Virus record (IMG/VR): IMGVR_UViG_3300037504_000682
Span: 1-64,000 of that record
Strand: one strand, 5' to 3'
Source: a virus
Length of the DNA: 64,000 nucleotides
Numbering within the stretch: position 1 is the first letter of the stretch; every line of letters begins with the position of its first letter. Under the pieces are notes generated by a model. The model was not told the DNA's origin and made no database searches. It saw only the letters and a program-made list of their open reading frames with translations. The position numbers were made by a program, and so were the translations under genes. Below are positions 8,760 through 18,812 of this stretch, piece by piece.

Positions 8760-10181
8760 ATGCCAGAAGCGACGCGATACATTACAGACACCGACAGCAC
8801 CGAATACAGGGCCGTCGAGGATGCCTTTGTGGGTGAGTACAACCGACGGGCCAAGAAAATCTCAACCGGCTGGGACTACTACAATGGCAACCACCGCAAG
8901 CCATTAAAGGCGCAAAAGGACGGCTACGATGATAACGTGGTAGTCAACCACGTTGAGAGCCTGACCGACCGGATCATCGGCTTCCTGCTAGGCGACGGCA
9001 TTATGTTTGACGCCAGCGGGGACGATGAACAATCACAGATTGATGAGCGAATAGCTACCCTGCTTGACGCCAATCGGAGTGCGATTATGATTGAGAACAT
9101 CGCCCTGGCCGGGGCAATCGAGGGACACTGTGCCGTCAGGCTGGTGCCCGCAGATGGCGACCTCCCCCGCCTCATTCGCATCAAGCAGCGCCATTTTAGC
9201 GCCTTTTGGGATGCCTTTGATATGGACCGCGTTTTGTGGTATCGCTTGCAGCATACCAGCGGCGGCGTGGGCCGGCGCATCGACTACGTTAAAGGCCGAG
9301 AGATGAATGGGCGGATTGACCACACCCTGGACGGTTGGACCGAATATGTCTACAAGCTCGACAAGGCGACCGATAGCGGCGGGGGGCTGCTCATCCAGCC
9401 GTCAGCTAAGTGGGAGCTGGCACAGGAGCCAGAGGTGTGGGAGTTTGATTGGCCCCCAATCACCGACTGGCAAAATCTACCGGACCCAAACAGCTACTAC
9501 GGGCGCAACGACATTGACGCCGCCATCAGGCTGAACGACGCCACCAACTTCATTCTCAGCAACACCCAGCGGATTATCAAACACTTTGCCGACCCCAAGA
9601 CGGTAGTCATCGGGGCCAAAGCCGGGCAGATTGTACCAACCGCCGTGGGTGGCCTGTTCTCCATCCCCAGCTCTGACGCCAAGGTGATGAACCTTGAGAT
9701 GCAGAGCGACGGAGAGCTGTCCAGGTGGCTAGCTGAGGTCATCACCGCCGCCCTATGGGAAAGCGGGGGAATGGTCGACCCGCAAAACGTCAAGGATATG
9801 GTGGGGCAGCTAACCAACTTCGGGCTCAGGGTGCTGTTTGCCAACGCGGTCAAAAAGACCGGCAAAAAGCGCATTTTGTACGAGGAGGCGTTCAGCGAAA
9901 TGATACGCCACGCCCTGGAGCTTGCGGGCACGGCTGCGCCGGATATGGTCGCCACAATCTGGCCTGACGTGCTACCGACCGATGAGGAGCGGGAGGTTGA
10001 GGTACTCGGGGCTGACCTGGACCGGGGCGCGATCAGCCTGCAAACCTACCGGGAGCGCCGGGGCTACGACAACGAGCGGGAGTTAAACCGGCTTGAGCAA
10101 GAGGGCTCGGTTGGCGGCGACCCGGGGGTGGCTATCCTGGGCCTACTCAATAGAAACCGACCATTTAATCAAGGTGGATAA
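8760..10181 (+). CDS. Portal protein (SPP1 gp6-like)
   Basis: Follows terL; DYYNGNH, typical size. Confidence 0.85.
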   Translation: MPEATRYITDTDSTEYRAVEDAFVGEYNRRAKKISTGWDYYNGNHRKPLKAQKDGYDDNVVVNHVESLTDRIIGFLLGDGIMFDASGDDEQSQIDERIATLLDANRSAIMIENIALAGAIEGHCAVRLVPADGDLPRLIRIKQRHFSAFWDAFDMDRVLWYRLQHTSGGVGRRIDYVKGREMNGRIDHTLDGWTEYVYKLDKATDSGGGLLIQPSAKWELAQEPEVWEFDWPPITDWQNLPDPNSYYGRNDIDAAIRLNDATNFILSNTQRIIKHFADPKTVVIGAKAGQIVPTAVGGLFSIPSSDAKVMNLEMQSDGELSRWLAEVITAALWESGGMVDPQNVKDMVGQLTNFGLRVLFANAVKKTGKKRILYEEAFSEMIRHALELAGTAAPDMVATIWPDVLPTDEEREVEVLGADLDRGAISLQTYRERRGYDNERELNRLEQEGSVGGDPGVAILGLLNRNRPFNQGG

Positions 10182-11254
10182 TGCCACGACCCAACGCCAT
10201 TGAAGCCTCCGAGCGGTTTCGGCAGCAGCTACTAAACGAGGTGGCGGCCGCAACCGAGCGAATGGCTATCATCTACAACCGCATATTCACCGGCCTCCAG
10301 GATGAAGTCAGCCAGTTAGCAGAGCAGATAGCCGAGATGGAGCCGCCGGACAAAGAGGACATTATGAGGCTGGCCCGGATGCAACGCGTCTTGCGACAGG
10401 TGGCCGACCAGGCCGAACGGTTTGGGGGCGTGGTCCAAAACGAGATAGCCGTCATTCAAACGCAGTCTATTGAAAAGGGCATAGATGACACCTTGAAGCT
10501 GATGGAGTTATCGTTACCAGAATTGCCACCTGAATTACAGCGGGAAATTGTTGGCTCATTCACCCGCCTGCCGGCTGATGCGGTTGAAGCCGCCGCCGGC
10601 TTGTTTGGGGATGACAGCCCGCTGGTGGAGCGATTACAGTCAGCGTATGGTGAGTATGTAGCTAGCCAGGTAGAGAAGCATATCGTTGATGGCATAGCGG
10701 TGGGACAGAACCCCCGCCGGATAGCCCGGCTCCTTGAGCGCAACCTGCAAAGCTCATTGGGCAGCGGCCTGTCATCGGCCTTGACAACGGTTCGGACGGC
10801 TCAAATCAAAAGCTATCAGATAGCCAACCACGCCACCTACCGGGCTAACCCCAACCTGGTGCCGGGGTGGATTTGGCACGCCGAGCTTGATGATCGGGTG
10901 TGCCTCAGTTGCGTGGCCCAGCACGGCACGGAGCATCCGGTTGATGAGCGGCTAAACGACCACCACAACGGCCGGTGTGCCCCGTTGCCCAAAACAATCA
11001 CCTACCGGCAACTAGGTATAGACTTACCTGAGACCGTACCGCCCACCCAACGGGGAACCGACTGGTTCAGGCAGCAATCCGCCAGCCGGCAGCGGGCTAT
11101 GATGGGCGGGGCGATGTACGACGCCTGGCGGGCGGACAAGTTTCGACTGGAGGAATTGAGCCGGCCTTATGATGACGTGGTGTACGGGGAGCTACTCAGG
11201 GAGGCCAGCTTAAAGGATTTGTTGGGGGAACAGGCCAGGGAGTTTTACAAATGA
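10181..11254 (+). CDS. Minor head morphogenesis protein (SPP1 gp7/Mu F)
   Basis: WIWHAELDDRVCLSC...HHNGRC. Confidence 0.85.
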   Translation: MPRPNAIEASERFRQQLLNEVAAATERMAIIYNRIFTGLQDEVSQLAEQIAEMEPPDKEDIMRLARMQRVLRQVADQAERFGGVVQNEIAVIQTQSIEKGIDDTLKLMELSLPELPPELQREIVGSFTRLPADAVEAAAGLFGDDSPLVERLQSAYGEYVASQVEKHIVDGIAVGQNPRRIARLLERNLQSSLGSGLSSALTTVRTAQIKSYQIANHATYRANPNLVPGWIWHAELDDRVCLSCVAQHGTEHPVDERLNDHHNGRCAPLPKTITYRQLGIDLPETVPPTQRGTDWFRQQSASRQRAMMGGAMYDAWRADKFRLEELSRPYDDVVYGELLREASLKDLLGEQAREFYK

Positions 11255-11392
11255 CCGACAAGGCTTTTGCCATCAGCATCCGCCGGCTTCTGCTGTCCAT
11301 TGCCCATCAGGTGAGACGGAAATATGGCAGTGAGGTGCTGCTGATTATATTGACCGGGGAGGCAAAATAATCACATCTCTAATCGTTTACTG

Positions 11393-11421
11393 TTGCAATC
11401 AAACTTATTTTATGGTAATAT
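11393..11421 (+). promoter_or_regulatory. Internal head-operon promoter
   Basis: TTGCAA-17-TAATAT; shares TTTATGGTAA with the 3151 promoter. Confidence 0.7.
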
Positions 11422-11468
11422 AGAAGATAGCACAACCCAATAGATTTGGGCCAACTCTATTTTAAGAC

Positions 11469-11530
11469 AACGCCCGTTTGTGACAGGTCAACGCCCGGAG
11501 CGACGCCTGCCGCAAGCGGGCGTTTTTTTA
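11469..11530 (+). terminator. Long hairpin plus U-run before scaffold gene
   Basis: AACGCCCGTTTGTGACAGG/CCTGCCGCAAGCGGGCGTT then T-run. Confidence 0.65.
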
Positions 11531-11558
11531 TTCGCCAGGAGCGAATAGGGAGAGACCA

Positions 11559-12215
11559 ATGGCAAATGATAAGAACCCCTTGACCAGCTCGGAGCCGGCG
11601 GGGGATGAAGGCGACCAGCAGCAGCCGGATCTTGAGCTAAACGACAGCGACACCAGTCAAGCGGAGCCAGAAGGCGACAGCGGCCAGGAGCCAAAGACGT
11701 TTGACGAGGATTACGTCAAGAAACTGAGGGACGAGGCGGCTAAATACCGCACGGACTTGAGGGACACCCAAAAAGAGCTTGACGCTCTTAAAAAGACCGT
11801 CTCCAAATTTGAGAAGTCCCAGAGCGAGCAGGAGCAGGAAGAGCTCAAGAAACAAGGCGAGTGGAAGGCGGTAGCCGAACAAAACGCGATGGAACTGGCA
11901 AAGTTGGAAGATGTGGCCGATCAACTCGAACGCTATAAGGCCACGCTAACCGACATCCTGGACGGGCAACGAGAGGGCATACCGGCCCCGGTTGTTGATC
12001 TGCTCGACAGGATGGAGCCAATCGAACAACTTGAATGGCTCGCCAAAAACAAAGGCGAACTCGTCAAGCCGGAGCCGCAGCAACAAAATCGCCAACAACT
12101 GGCGGACTTCAACCCGCAGGGCAACAGCGGGCCGGCGGAGAACGACGAGCAGCGTATTGCCAGAATGACGCGCAATATGGGCCAAATGGTCTCGCCCTTC
12201 GGTAGCCAAAAATAA
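11559..12215 (+). CDS. Capsid scaffolding protein
   Basis: Acidic N-terminus, YVKKLRDEAAKYR coiled coil, precedes capsid gene. Confidence 0.85.
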   Translation: MANDKNPLTSSEPAGDEGDQQQPDLELNDSDTSQAEPEGDSGQEPKTFDEDYVKKLRDEAAKYRTDLRDTQKELDALKKTVSKFEKSQSEQEQEELKKQGEWKAVAEQNAMELAKLEDVADQLERYKATLTDILDGQREGIPAPVVDLLDRMEPIEQLEWLAKNKGELVKPEPQQQNRQQLADFNPQGNSGPAENDEQRIARMTRNMGQMVSPFGSQK

Positions 12216-12237
12216 CAACGAGACATAGGAGCGAACT

Positions 12238-13104
12238 ATGGCCGCAGGATTAACGACTTTTGCCCAAATCGAGGCGAGAGTCAACGATTTGATTGAAGAT
12301 AGCCTGGCGGTAGCTCGTATGGCCAACGTCCTGACCCCAACCGTGACGCAACTCAGCGCCACCGGGATGATGGACAGAAAAGTCAACGAGTACAACGCCA
12401 TCACCTTTGCTCAGGCCGGTGAGGAGGACGACACCTCCGCTCAGCAGTTCACCAAAGATGCCTTGAGCACGCTCAGCCCAAACATCTACCGGGCGCGAGT
12501 GGATATGACCGACCCCCGAATGGAAACCGACTTTGACGCCGAGATGGCCAATGCTGCGATGGAGCTTGGTAGCGCCGCTGCCAAGCATATCGACAATAGT
12601 ATTGCCAGCCTGTTTAGCTCGGCTACGGCCGGGACCATCGGCTCCGGGTCCGGTGATACCATCTCCTGGAGCGACATCACCGCCGCGTATGCCATTCTGA
12701 GCAATGCCAATATCCCGGCCGGAGCGCCGGTCTATTGCGCTCTGCACCCGTACCAGTGGGAGCCGCTTTTGCGGGCTAACACCATTGCCGGGGCTTCGGC
12801 TTCGGTTGCGCCGAATTTCCAGGACCGGCTGACGGCTGCGCCCAACTTCTTCCAGGTGCCGCGCTTCCAGGGGGTCACTTTCGTGATTAGCAACAGCATC
12901 ACGATCACCTCTAGCGCCGCTACTGGGGCGATGTACGTGCCTCAAGCGTTTGCGGTTGACACCCGCAAGCCGTTTGACATCCGGCCGCAGCGAGATGAGA
13001 GTAACGAGCTAACCGAACTGAACGCGTCAATGTGGTATGTAGCCGGTACTTGGCGACCTGCCTTTGCCGTCGCACTCAACACTGACGCGGCTACGCCGTC
13101 GTAA
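12238..13104 (+). CDS. Major capsid protein
   Basis: Position, size, LHPYQW-type motif. Confidence 0.85.
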   Translation: MAAGLTTFAQIEARVNDLIEDSLAVARMANVLTPTVTQLSATGMMDRKVNEYNAITFAQAGEEDDTSAQQFTKDALSTLSPNIYRARVDMTDPRMETDFDAEMANAAMELGSAAAKHIDNSIASLFSSATAGTIGSGSGDTISWSDITAAYAILSNANIPAGAPVYCALHPYQWEPLLRANTIAGASASVAPNFQDRLTAAPNFFQVPRFQGVTFVISNSITITSSAATGAMYVPQAFAVDTRKPFDIRPQRDESNELTELNASMWYVAGTWRPAFAVALNTDAATPS

Positions 13105-13115
13105 GGGGGATAACG

Positions 13116-13508
13116 ATGAATAGCAAATTTTTTGTAGTCAATCCTGACACGATGCCCGGCGACGGCGACTTGTGTATGGTGGCCAAAGCCTCAGACATTC
13201 ACGGCGGCTTTACGGTGGTCAACGCCTGGGCCGTCTCTGATGCGGTGGGCACGCTCAATCTGGTGCTGCAAAACTACGGCACCAGCGGCACGGTGGCCGG
13301 AGGGACGGTTGCCGGGATGGGTAGTGGAACCGCCACGGTCTGGGCCGAACACACGCCGCAAGAGCTGACCATTACCGCCGCCAATGCCTTCGTTGACGCC
13401 AACGAGGTGCTGATGCTCAAGAAGGTTGAGAGCGCGGCCGGCAATGACCTTGGCACCGCTGCCGCCGTCGTTGTGGAGTATGTTGACGGCGTGGTAACGC
13501 AGGGATAA
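13116..13508 (+). CDS. Capsid decoration/cement-like protein
   Basis: Small beta-rich A/G/T/V protein after capsid gene. Confidence 0.55.
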   Translation: MNSKFFVVNPDTMPGDGDLCMVAKASDIHGGFTVVNAWAVSDAVGTLNLVLQNYGTSGTVAGGTVAGMGSGTATVWAEHTPQELTITAANAFVDANEVLMLKKVESAAGNDLGTAAAVVVEYVDGVVTQG

Positions 13509-13569
13509 AAATAACCGGGGTTGGCGGTGAACCCTCCGTCACCGCCGCCCCGGCTTTACGGAGGGAATA

Positions 13570-14781
13570 GTGAGAATTTACGCTCATTCAACGGCACCGT
13601 GGAGCCCATCGAGCTATAGCGTTCTGGTGAGCCGGACTCTGCCGAATATGGTCAGGGACGGTCACAAGGTCACGCTTGGCACCTGGTACGGCCTGGCTGG
13701 TCAACCGCTCCCCTGGACGATTGCCGGGAGAGAGGGCCAGCCGGCCAAATCTGTCACGGTGCTGCCGGCCAAAAATGGCTCAAACTATGCCATTGACACA
13801 ATGGTTGCCAGCTACAAGCACTTCAAGGCTGAGGTACTCATCACCATCTCTGACGTGTGGGTGTTCCCTAAGGACCAGACCAGAATGACAAACTTCTGCC
13901 CCTGGCTCCCCATCGACCACGATCCGCCACCCAAGCCCGTACTTGAGGCCCTGGAGCCAGCCATTTACCCGATGGTGTACAGCCGCTGGGGGGTTGAGGT
14001 GCTTAAAGAGGCTGGCGTGAAGGCTCACTATGTCCCCTGTAGCGCCCCGGCCAAGCAGTTTACGCCGGGCGACAAGGCCAAGGCCCGCGTCGACCTGGGC
14101 TTTGCTGATGATGCTGATTTTGTGGTGTCAATCGTGGCGGCCAACAAAGACCCTCACGACCGCAAGGGATTCGCCGAGGGGCTTTTGGGCTTTGCCCGCT
14201 TCTTGGAGAGCCGCCCCAATACCTACCTGTATCTCCATACCGATTGGAGCGGGGCCATTGACATCCCGGCTCTGGTTGAGAACCTGGACATCAAGGACCA
14301 GGTGATTAAGCCGGACCCCTACGCCTACGCCCTGGGGCTGCTTGATGCGGAGTATATGACCAGCGTCTACCGGGCCAGCGACGTTCTACTAAATTCTTGC
14401 AAGTCCGAGGGGTTTGGGCTGCCGTTGGTGGAGGCCCAGATGTGCGGAACGCCGATTATAGCCACCGACTTTGCCACCACTGACGAGCTGATGTTTGCCG
14501 GCTGGCGATTGCAAGGTCAACCGGATTGGTCAAACGGCTTAAATAGCTGGCGGATGCGGGTGAACGTTGACGACGTGGTGAGCGCCTTAGAAGAGGCGTA
14601 TCACGAAAAGGACAATCGGAAACTGGCCAAAAAGGCCACCAACGGAGCTCGGCGGTATGACAATGACACGATATTCAATCAGCACTGGCGACCGGCCCTA
14701 AAAGATATTGAAGAACTGGTAAGCGATGAAAAAAACGTCTTTAGCCTTACCGAAAATCTCGATATGGTCTCTGTTCCGTGA
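13570..14781 (+). CDS. GT-B (GT4-like) glycosyltransferase
   Basis: RKG and EGFGLPLVEAQMCGTP (EX7E). Confidence 0.92.
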   Translation: MRIYAHSTAPWSPSSYSVLVSRTLPNMVRDGHKVTLGTWYGLAGQPLPWTIAGREGQPAKSVTVLPAKNGSNYAIDTMVASYKHFKAEVLITISDVWVFPKDQTRMTNFCPWLPIDHDPPPKPVLEALEPAIYPMVYSRWGVEVLKEAGVKAHYVPCSAPAKQFTPGDKAKARVDLGFADDADFVVSIVAANKDPHDRKGFAEGLLGFARFLESRPNTYLYLHTDWSGAIDIPALVENLDIKDQVIKPDPYAYALGLLDAEYMTSVYRASDVLLNSCKSEGFGLPLVEAQMCGTPIIATDFATTDELMFAGWRLQGQPDWSNGLNSWRMRVNVDDVVSALEEAYHEKDNRKLAKKATNGARRYDNDTIFNQHWRPALKDIEELVSDEKNVFSLTENLDMVSVP

Positions 14782-15487
14782 CGACGCGGGCGACAACATA
14801 GCCCGATACCGAAAACAGGTGACTGGCCTGGATTATCCGCCTGAGCTATTGCGCTTCTATCTAGTCGAGGGGGATAGCCAGGATGATACGCTTTCTGAGA
14901 TCAAAGCTTGGGCGGTTGAAGATGAGCGCGTGACAGTAACGACCCACAATACCGGGCTGTCCCGGATGCGTCACACACCCCATCCCGAGCGAGTTGCCGG
15001 CCTGGCCTCCACCGGCAACGCCGCCCTGGACGCCTTGGCTGCTGACAACTGGGGTGATTATGCCCTGTTGATTGAAAGCGACCTGATCTACCAGCCCGAT
15101 GTCATTCTATCCCTGCTCACTAATCTGCCCCACCCTGATGCCGTAGTCTCCCCATACATTTGGATACCCGGCGATGGATCATATTTACAGTTTTATGACA
15201 TTTGGGCCTTTCGCACTGCGGCGGGCAAGATGTTTCGCCCCTACCAGCCGCTTTGGTATCAGGTGCATATGCCGACAGGACCGTTTGAGATAAATAGCGC
15301 CGGTTCGATGGTGATGTTTCCCATTGCCCCTATTGTGGACGGAGTGCGCTACCCACTGGAGACGGCCATTATGGGCATTTGTGACCAGTACCGGGAGAAA
15401 GGCTATAAAATCTACGCTGACCCGCAAACAAACATTTTTCACCCAAAGGTTCTTAATCCTTATCCTTTGGTTGATAACCAAACGTAA
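14726..15487 (+). CDS. GT-A fold glycosyltransferase (Anp1/GT2-like)
   Basis: VEGDSQDDT, LIESDL, FYDIWAFR. Confidence 0.75.
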   Translation: MKKTSLALPKISIWSLFRDDAGDNIARYRKQVTGLDYPPELLRFYLVEGDSQDDTLSEIKAWAVEDERVTVTTHNTGLSRMRHTPHPERVAGLASTGNAALDALAADNWGDYALLIESDLIYQPDVILSLLTNLPHPDAVVSPYIWIPGDGSYLQFYDIWAFRTAAGKMFRPYQPLWYQVHMPTGPFEINSAGSMVMFPIAPIVDGVRYPLETAIMGICDQYREKGYKIYADPQTNIFHPKVLNPYPLVDNQT

Positions 15488-15515
15488 CAAAACGAAAGCA
15501 AACGAAAGGCGTACA

Positions 15516-16163
15516 ATGAACGTTGTCATAATCGGCACAGGGGGGATGGCCAAAGAGATTTACGGAATGCTGCTTGATTGTGGCCATACCGTGACGGGCT
15601 TCATTGCCGCTCTGGACAGCTACCCCAATCTGTTTATGGACCTACCAGTCCTGGGCGATGATAGCTGGTTTGTCTCTGAGCGGGCGCTTGACGTGGTGAT
15701 AGCCAACGGCTCCCCGGCGGTTCGGCGCAAAATCAGAGATTATTACTCGACCAGCGCCCACCGCTGGCCCAGGTTTATCCATCCTGGCTCGCACGTTTTT
15801 GAGCAGGTGATTGTTAATGGCGGCTCCACCGTTATGCCCGGCGGGGTAATCCAGCCGGACACGCGAATAGGGCGTTATGTTCACGTCAATATGGGCGTGA
15901 CTATCGGCCACGACGTTTCAATCGGGGACTACTCCGTTATTAACCACAACGCTGGGATTAGCGGTAATGTCAAGGTTGGCGAGGGGGTATTGATTGGGGC
16001 CGGGGCCACGATCATCGAGAACAACACCATCGGAGCCGGAGCCACCATCGGAGCCGGGGCGGTAGTGACAAAAGATGTACCGCCCGGTGAGACCTGGGCG
16101 GGAGTGCCGGCAAGGCCGCTGGTTAAAGCCACGAACGGAGCCAAGCGTGAAGAAATTATTTAA
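15516..16163 (+). CDS. NeuD/PglD-type sugar acetyltransferase
   Basis: IIGTGGMAKE, IGHDVSIG, hexapeptide repeats, GVPAR. Confidence 0.92.
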   Translation: MNVVIIGTGGMAKEIYGMLLDCGHTVTGFIAALDSYPNLFMDLPVLGDDSWFVSERALDVVIANGSPAVRRKIRDYYSTSAHRWPRFIHPGSHVFEQVIVNGGSTVMPGGVIQPDTRIGRYVHVNMGVTIGHDVSIGDYSVINHNAGISGNVKVGEGVLIGAGATIIENNTIGAGATIGAGAVVTKDVPPGETWAGVPARPLVKATNGAKREEII

Positions 16164-16773
16164 GGCCGCCAGTTACAAGCCAAATAACGATTTTGTCCGG
16201 GAAGTAATGGAGCAGCTAACTGATGATCCGGTCTGGACGCTCGATATACTGGAAATTGTGAACAACCGGGAGCCAGACATCAGGACGTTGCTCAGTTATC
16301 TGGCCAACAAGTTTGAACCCAAAAACTATCTTGAGATTGGCGTCAGGCGGGGCTTCTCTATGGCAATGGTGGCCGCTCGCTGTCCCGAGTGCGACATCTA
16401 CGGGTTCGACTTGTGGAAGGCCAACTACGCCGGGGTGCCCAACCCCGGTCCTGAGTTTGTGGAGCAGGAAATCAAGCGATTCAACCATACCAGCAAGTTG
16501 GCCCTCATTAGCGGGGATACGGCAATCACTCTTGAAGCCTTCTTTGATGACAACCCTGATCTTGAATTTGATTTGATGCTGGTCGACAAGGAGGGACCGC
16601 TAAACGACCTGCGGTTGTGCCTCCCTCGGCTGGCCAAAGGTGGCTACCTGGTGACTGATGATCTCAATATGCCAGAGCAGGCCCACACCTGGGATACCAT
16701 CAAAAAAGAATTTGCCAAGGGCTACACCTACCACGCTGAGGGGCGGGTGGGCTTGGTGAAGCGAGGTAAATAA
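16147..16773 (+). CDS. Class I SAM methyltransferase (Methyltransf_24-like)
   Basis: YLEIGVRRGFS, GFD, LAKGGYLVTDD. Confidence 0.85.
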   Translation: MKKLFKAASYKPNNDFVREVMEQLTDDPVWTLDILEIVNNREPDIRTLLSYLANKFEPKNYLEIGVRRGFSMAMVAARCPECDIYGFDLWKANYAGVPNPGPEFVEQEIKRFNHTSKLALISGDTAITLEAFFDDNPDLEFDLMLVDKEGPLNDLRLCLPRLAKGGYLVTDDLNMPEQAHTWDTIKKEFAKGYTYHAEGRVGLVKRGK

Positions 16774-17384
16774 TGGCGGTCCGGGACGGGATGAGCAACC
16801 TAATAGCTCGCGTCCGGTCGCTGGCCAACGCCGGCACAGCCGAGTACACCGTTGGCGGCGACACCTACTGGACCGATCAGCAGATACAGGACATCCTGGA
16901 CGGTAACAGCCAATTTATTGTTGACAGCCGACTCCATTGGCAAGAGCAGGACGTAAGCGGTACCAGCGTCTATTACACCGCCCAGGCCGCCTACCGTGAT
17001 TTTGAGGAGGCAGACAGCGGCACCGCCCGTTGGGCCGTTCGGGATGGACCGGGCAACTTGCAATCAACCGCCAACTACACGGCCGATTACCGCAGTGGCC
17101 GGATTACCTGGAGCGCAAACCAGGATGGCACCATCTATTATCTGACGGCCTACACCTACGACGTTCACGCCGCCGCCGCCGACATCTGGCAGCAGCGAAT
17201 GGCCCACTTTTCCGACTGGTACGATTTCCGGGCGGACAATCAATCCTTTAGCCGGTCACAGGCATTTGAGCACGCCCAAAAAATGGAAGACGCGATGAGG
17301 GCCAGGGTTGGGGCCAATGTGGTAGGCCAGCCGGCGGGCGGGTTCCGAACCGGCGTATTTTACAGGACGGACCTAAATGGCTAA
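16773..17384 (+). CDS. Head-tail adaptor-like protein
   Basis: Position; YDVHAAAADIW. Confidence 0.65.
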   Translation: MAVRDGMSNLIARVRSLANAGTAEYTVGGDTYWTDQQIQDILDGNSQFIVDSRLHWQEQDVSGTSVYYTAQAAYRDFEEADSGTARWAVRDGPGNLQSTANYTADYRSGRITWSANQDGTIYYLTAYTYDVHAAAADIWQQRMAHFSDWYDFRADNQSFSRSQAFEHAQKMEDAMRARVGANVVGQPAGGFRTGVFYRTDLNG

Positions 17385-17565
17385 AGGCCCTGCAATCGAG
17401 GTCAGGAAAATGCCAAAAACCATAACGATGCAGATGGATTTGCATTTAACTCGCGAATTTTTAATCCGTCGCTGGGTTGCGGTCAAACTGATTATGATGG
17501 CGGCTTGGGTTTTGGGGTGCAACATAGAAATTAAAACATACGATGTGGAGCAATCAAATGTCTAA
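17377..17565 (+). CDS. Hypothetical protein
   Basis: Coupled ORF. Confidence 0.45.
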   Translation: MAKGPAIEVRKMPKTITMQMDLHLTREFLIRRWVAVKLIMMAAWVLGCNIEIKTYDVEQSNV

Positions 17566-18097
17566 AGCCGAGATAGGCGCAGGGCAATCAGCTAATCCAT
17601 TTATCGACAGCGCCACTGGCGGTCTCATAATCCTAGATGTGCCACACCAAAAAATTCACAACGGTAATCATTATTACATTGCCGGCTACGAGACCGTTGG
17701 CAGTGATGGTACATTGAACTTTACCGTCACTGCCAACGCAGATGATTTTGTTCATCTAACGTTTCACATCTCCGGCACAAATGTAACCACTGTTGATGTT
17801 TATGAAGGGGCGTCTGGCATTAGTGGTGGTACTGCCCTGACCCCGATAAACAATAACCGAAACAGTAGTAACACCAGCGGCTTAACGGCAAAAGTCAACC
17901 CAACTGTTACACCAGGCTCAAATACCATTGATGGGTACAAATTCGGATCAAACGGCGGCGGTAACGCGCCAGATATCGGTGGCGGGGTAGCCAGAGAGGA
18001 TGAGATAATATTAAAGCGATCCACCAGCTACCTGTGGCAAATAGTATCCGGGGCTGCTGACAATCTGATTAGTTACCGCATTGATTGGTACGAGTAA
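17558..18097 (+). CDS. Beta-rich putative virion protein
   Basis: SD GGAG; G/S/T/N-rich. Confidence 0.6.
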   Translation: MSKAEIGAGQSANPFIDSATGGLIILDVPHQKIHNGNHYYIAGYETVGSDGTLNFTVTANADDFVHLTFHISGTNVTTVDVYEGASGISGGTALTPINNNRNSSNTSGLTAKVNPTVTPGSNTIDGYKFGSNGGGNAPDIGGGVAREDEIILKRSTSYLWQIVSGAADNLISYRIDWYE

Positions 18098-18462
18098 TGA
18101 CAGCCCTGACTAGCCAGGAGCTAATCGATATGAGGGCGGTCGCTGATGACTTCTTCCCGGACATATGCACCATTCAAACGCCTACCGACACGACCGACGC
18201 AAGCGGCGGGGTGTCTACTTCTTACGCTAACACTTATACCAATGTGGCGTGCCGTCTGGACCCGGATACGGGCGGGGGTGAGGCATCTAACAACTTTGCG
18301 CTAGAGAGCGGCTCAGAATGGTGGCTCAACATCCCCTACGACCAGGCCATTGACGCAACGTATCGAGTGGTTCACAGCGGCAGCACCTACGAAGTCAGCC
18401 ACGTGATGGACACCCACAGCTATGCCACCATCCGCCGAGCGGCGCTGATTAGGATTGACTAA
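18097..18462 (+). CDS. Head closure (SPP1 gp16-like)
   Basis: TDASGG, NVACR, TYEV; position. Confidence 0.7.
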   Translation: MTALTSQELIDMRAVADDFFPDICTIQTPTDTTDASGGVSTSYANTYTNVACRLDPDTGGGEASNNFALESGSEWWLNIPYDQAIDATYRVVHSGSTYEVSHVMDTHSYATIRRAALIRID

Positions 18463-18812
18463 TGGCAACCGAAGTTAAGATTGACGACAAGGTACTTCAA
18501 GAGATTATTAAAAACGTGGCAAATTTGGAACCACGACGCTATATCATTGCTGACGGCGTAGAGTATGGTGTATTTCAGGAGTTTACCGACAAAGGCCACC
18601 CATCACTGAGGCCGGCCTTTGAGAAGCACACCACGCGGATACCGGATATAGTCGGAGCGGTGATAGAAAGAGCCCCCAACCGGGGGTTGGCCACGGTAAA
18701 CCTGAATAGGGCGATGAAAAAGCTGGCCTTTGACATTGCCAACGAGTGGGCGGCAGATGTCAATGTCGACACCGGGGCCTACAAAAACAGCATCCACGTC
18801 GAAGAGGAGTAA
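18462..18812 (+). CDS. Neck protein (HK97 gp10-like)
   Basis: VEYGVFQEF, PSLRPA and VDTGAYKNSI motifs, in permuted order. Confidence 0.65.
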   Translation: MATEVKIDDKVLQEIIKNVANLEPRRYIIADGVEYGVFQEFTDKGHPSLRPAFEKHTTRIPDIVGAVIERAPNRGLATVNLNRAMKKLAFDIANEWAADVNVDTGAYKNSIHVEEE

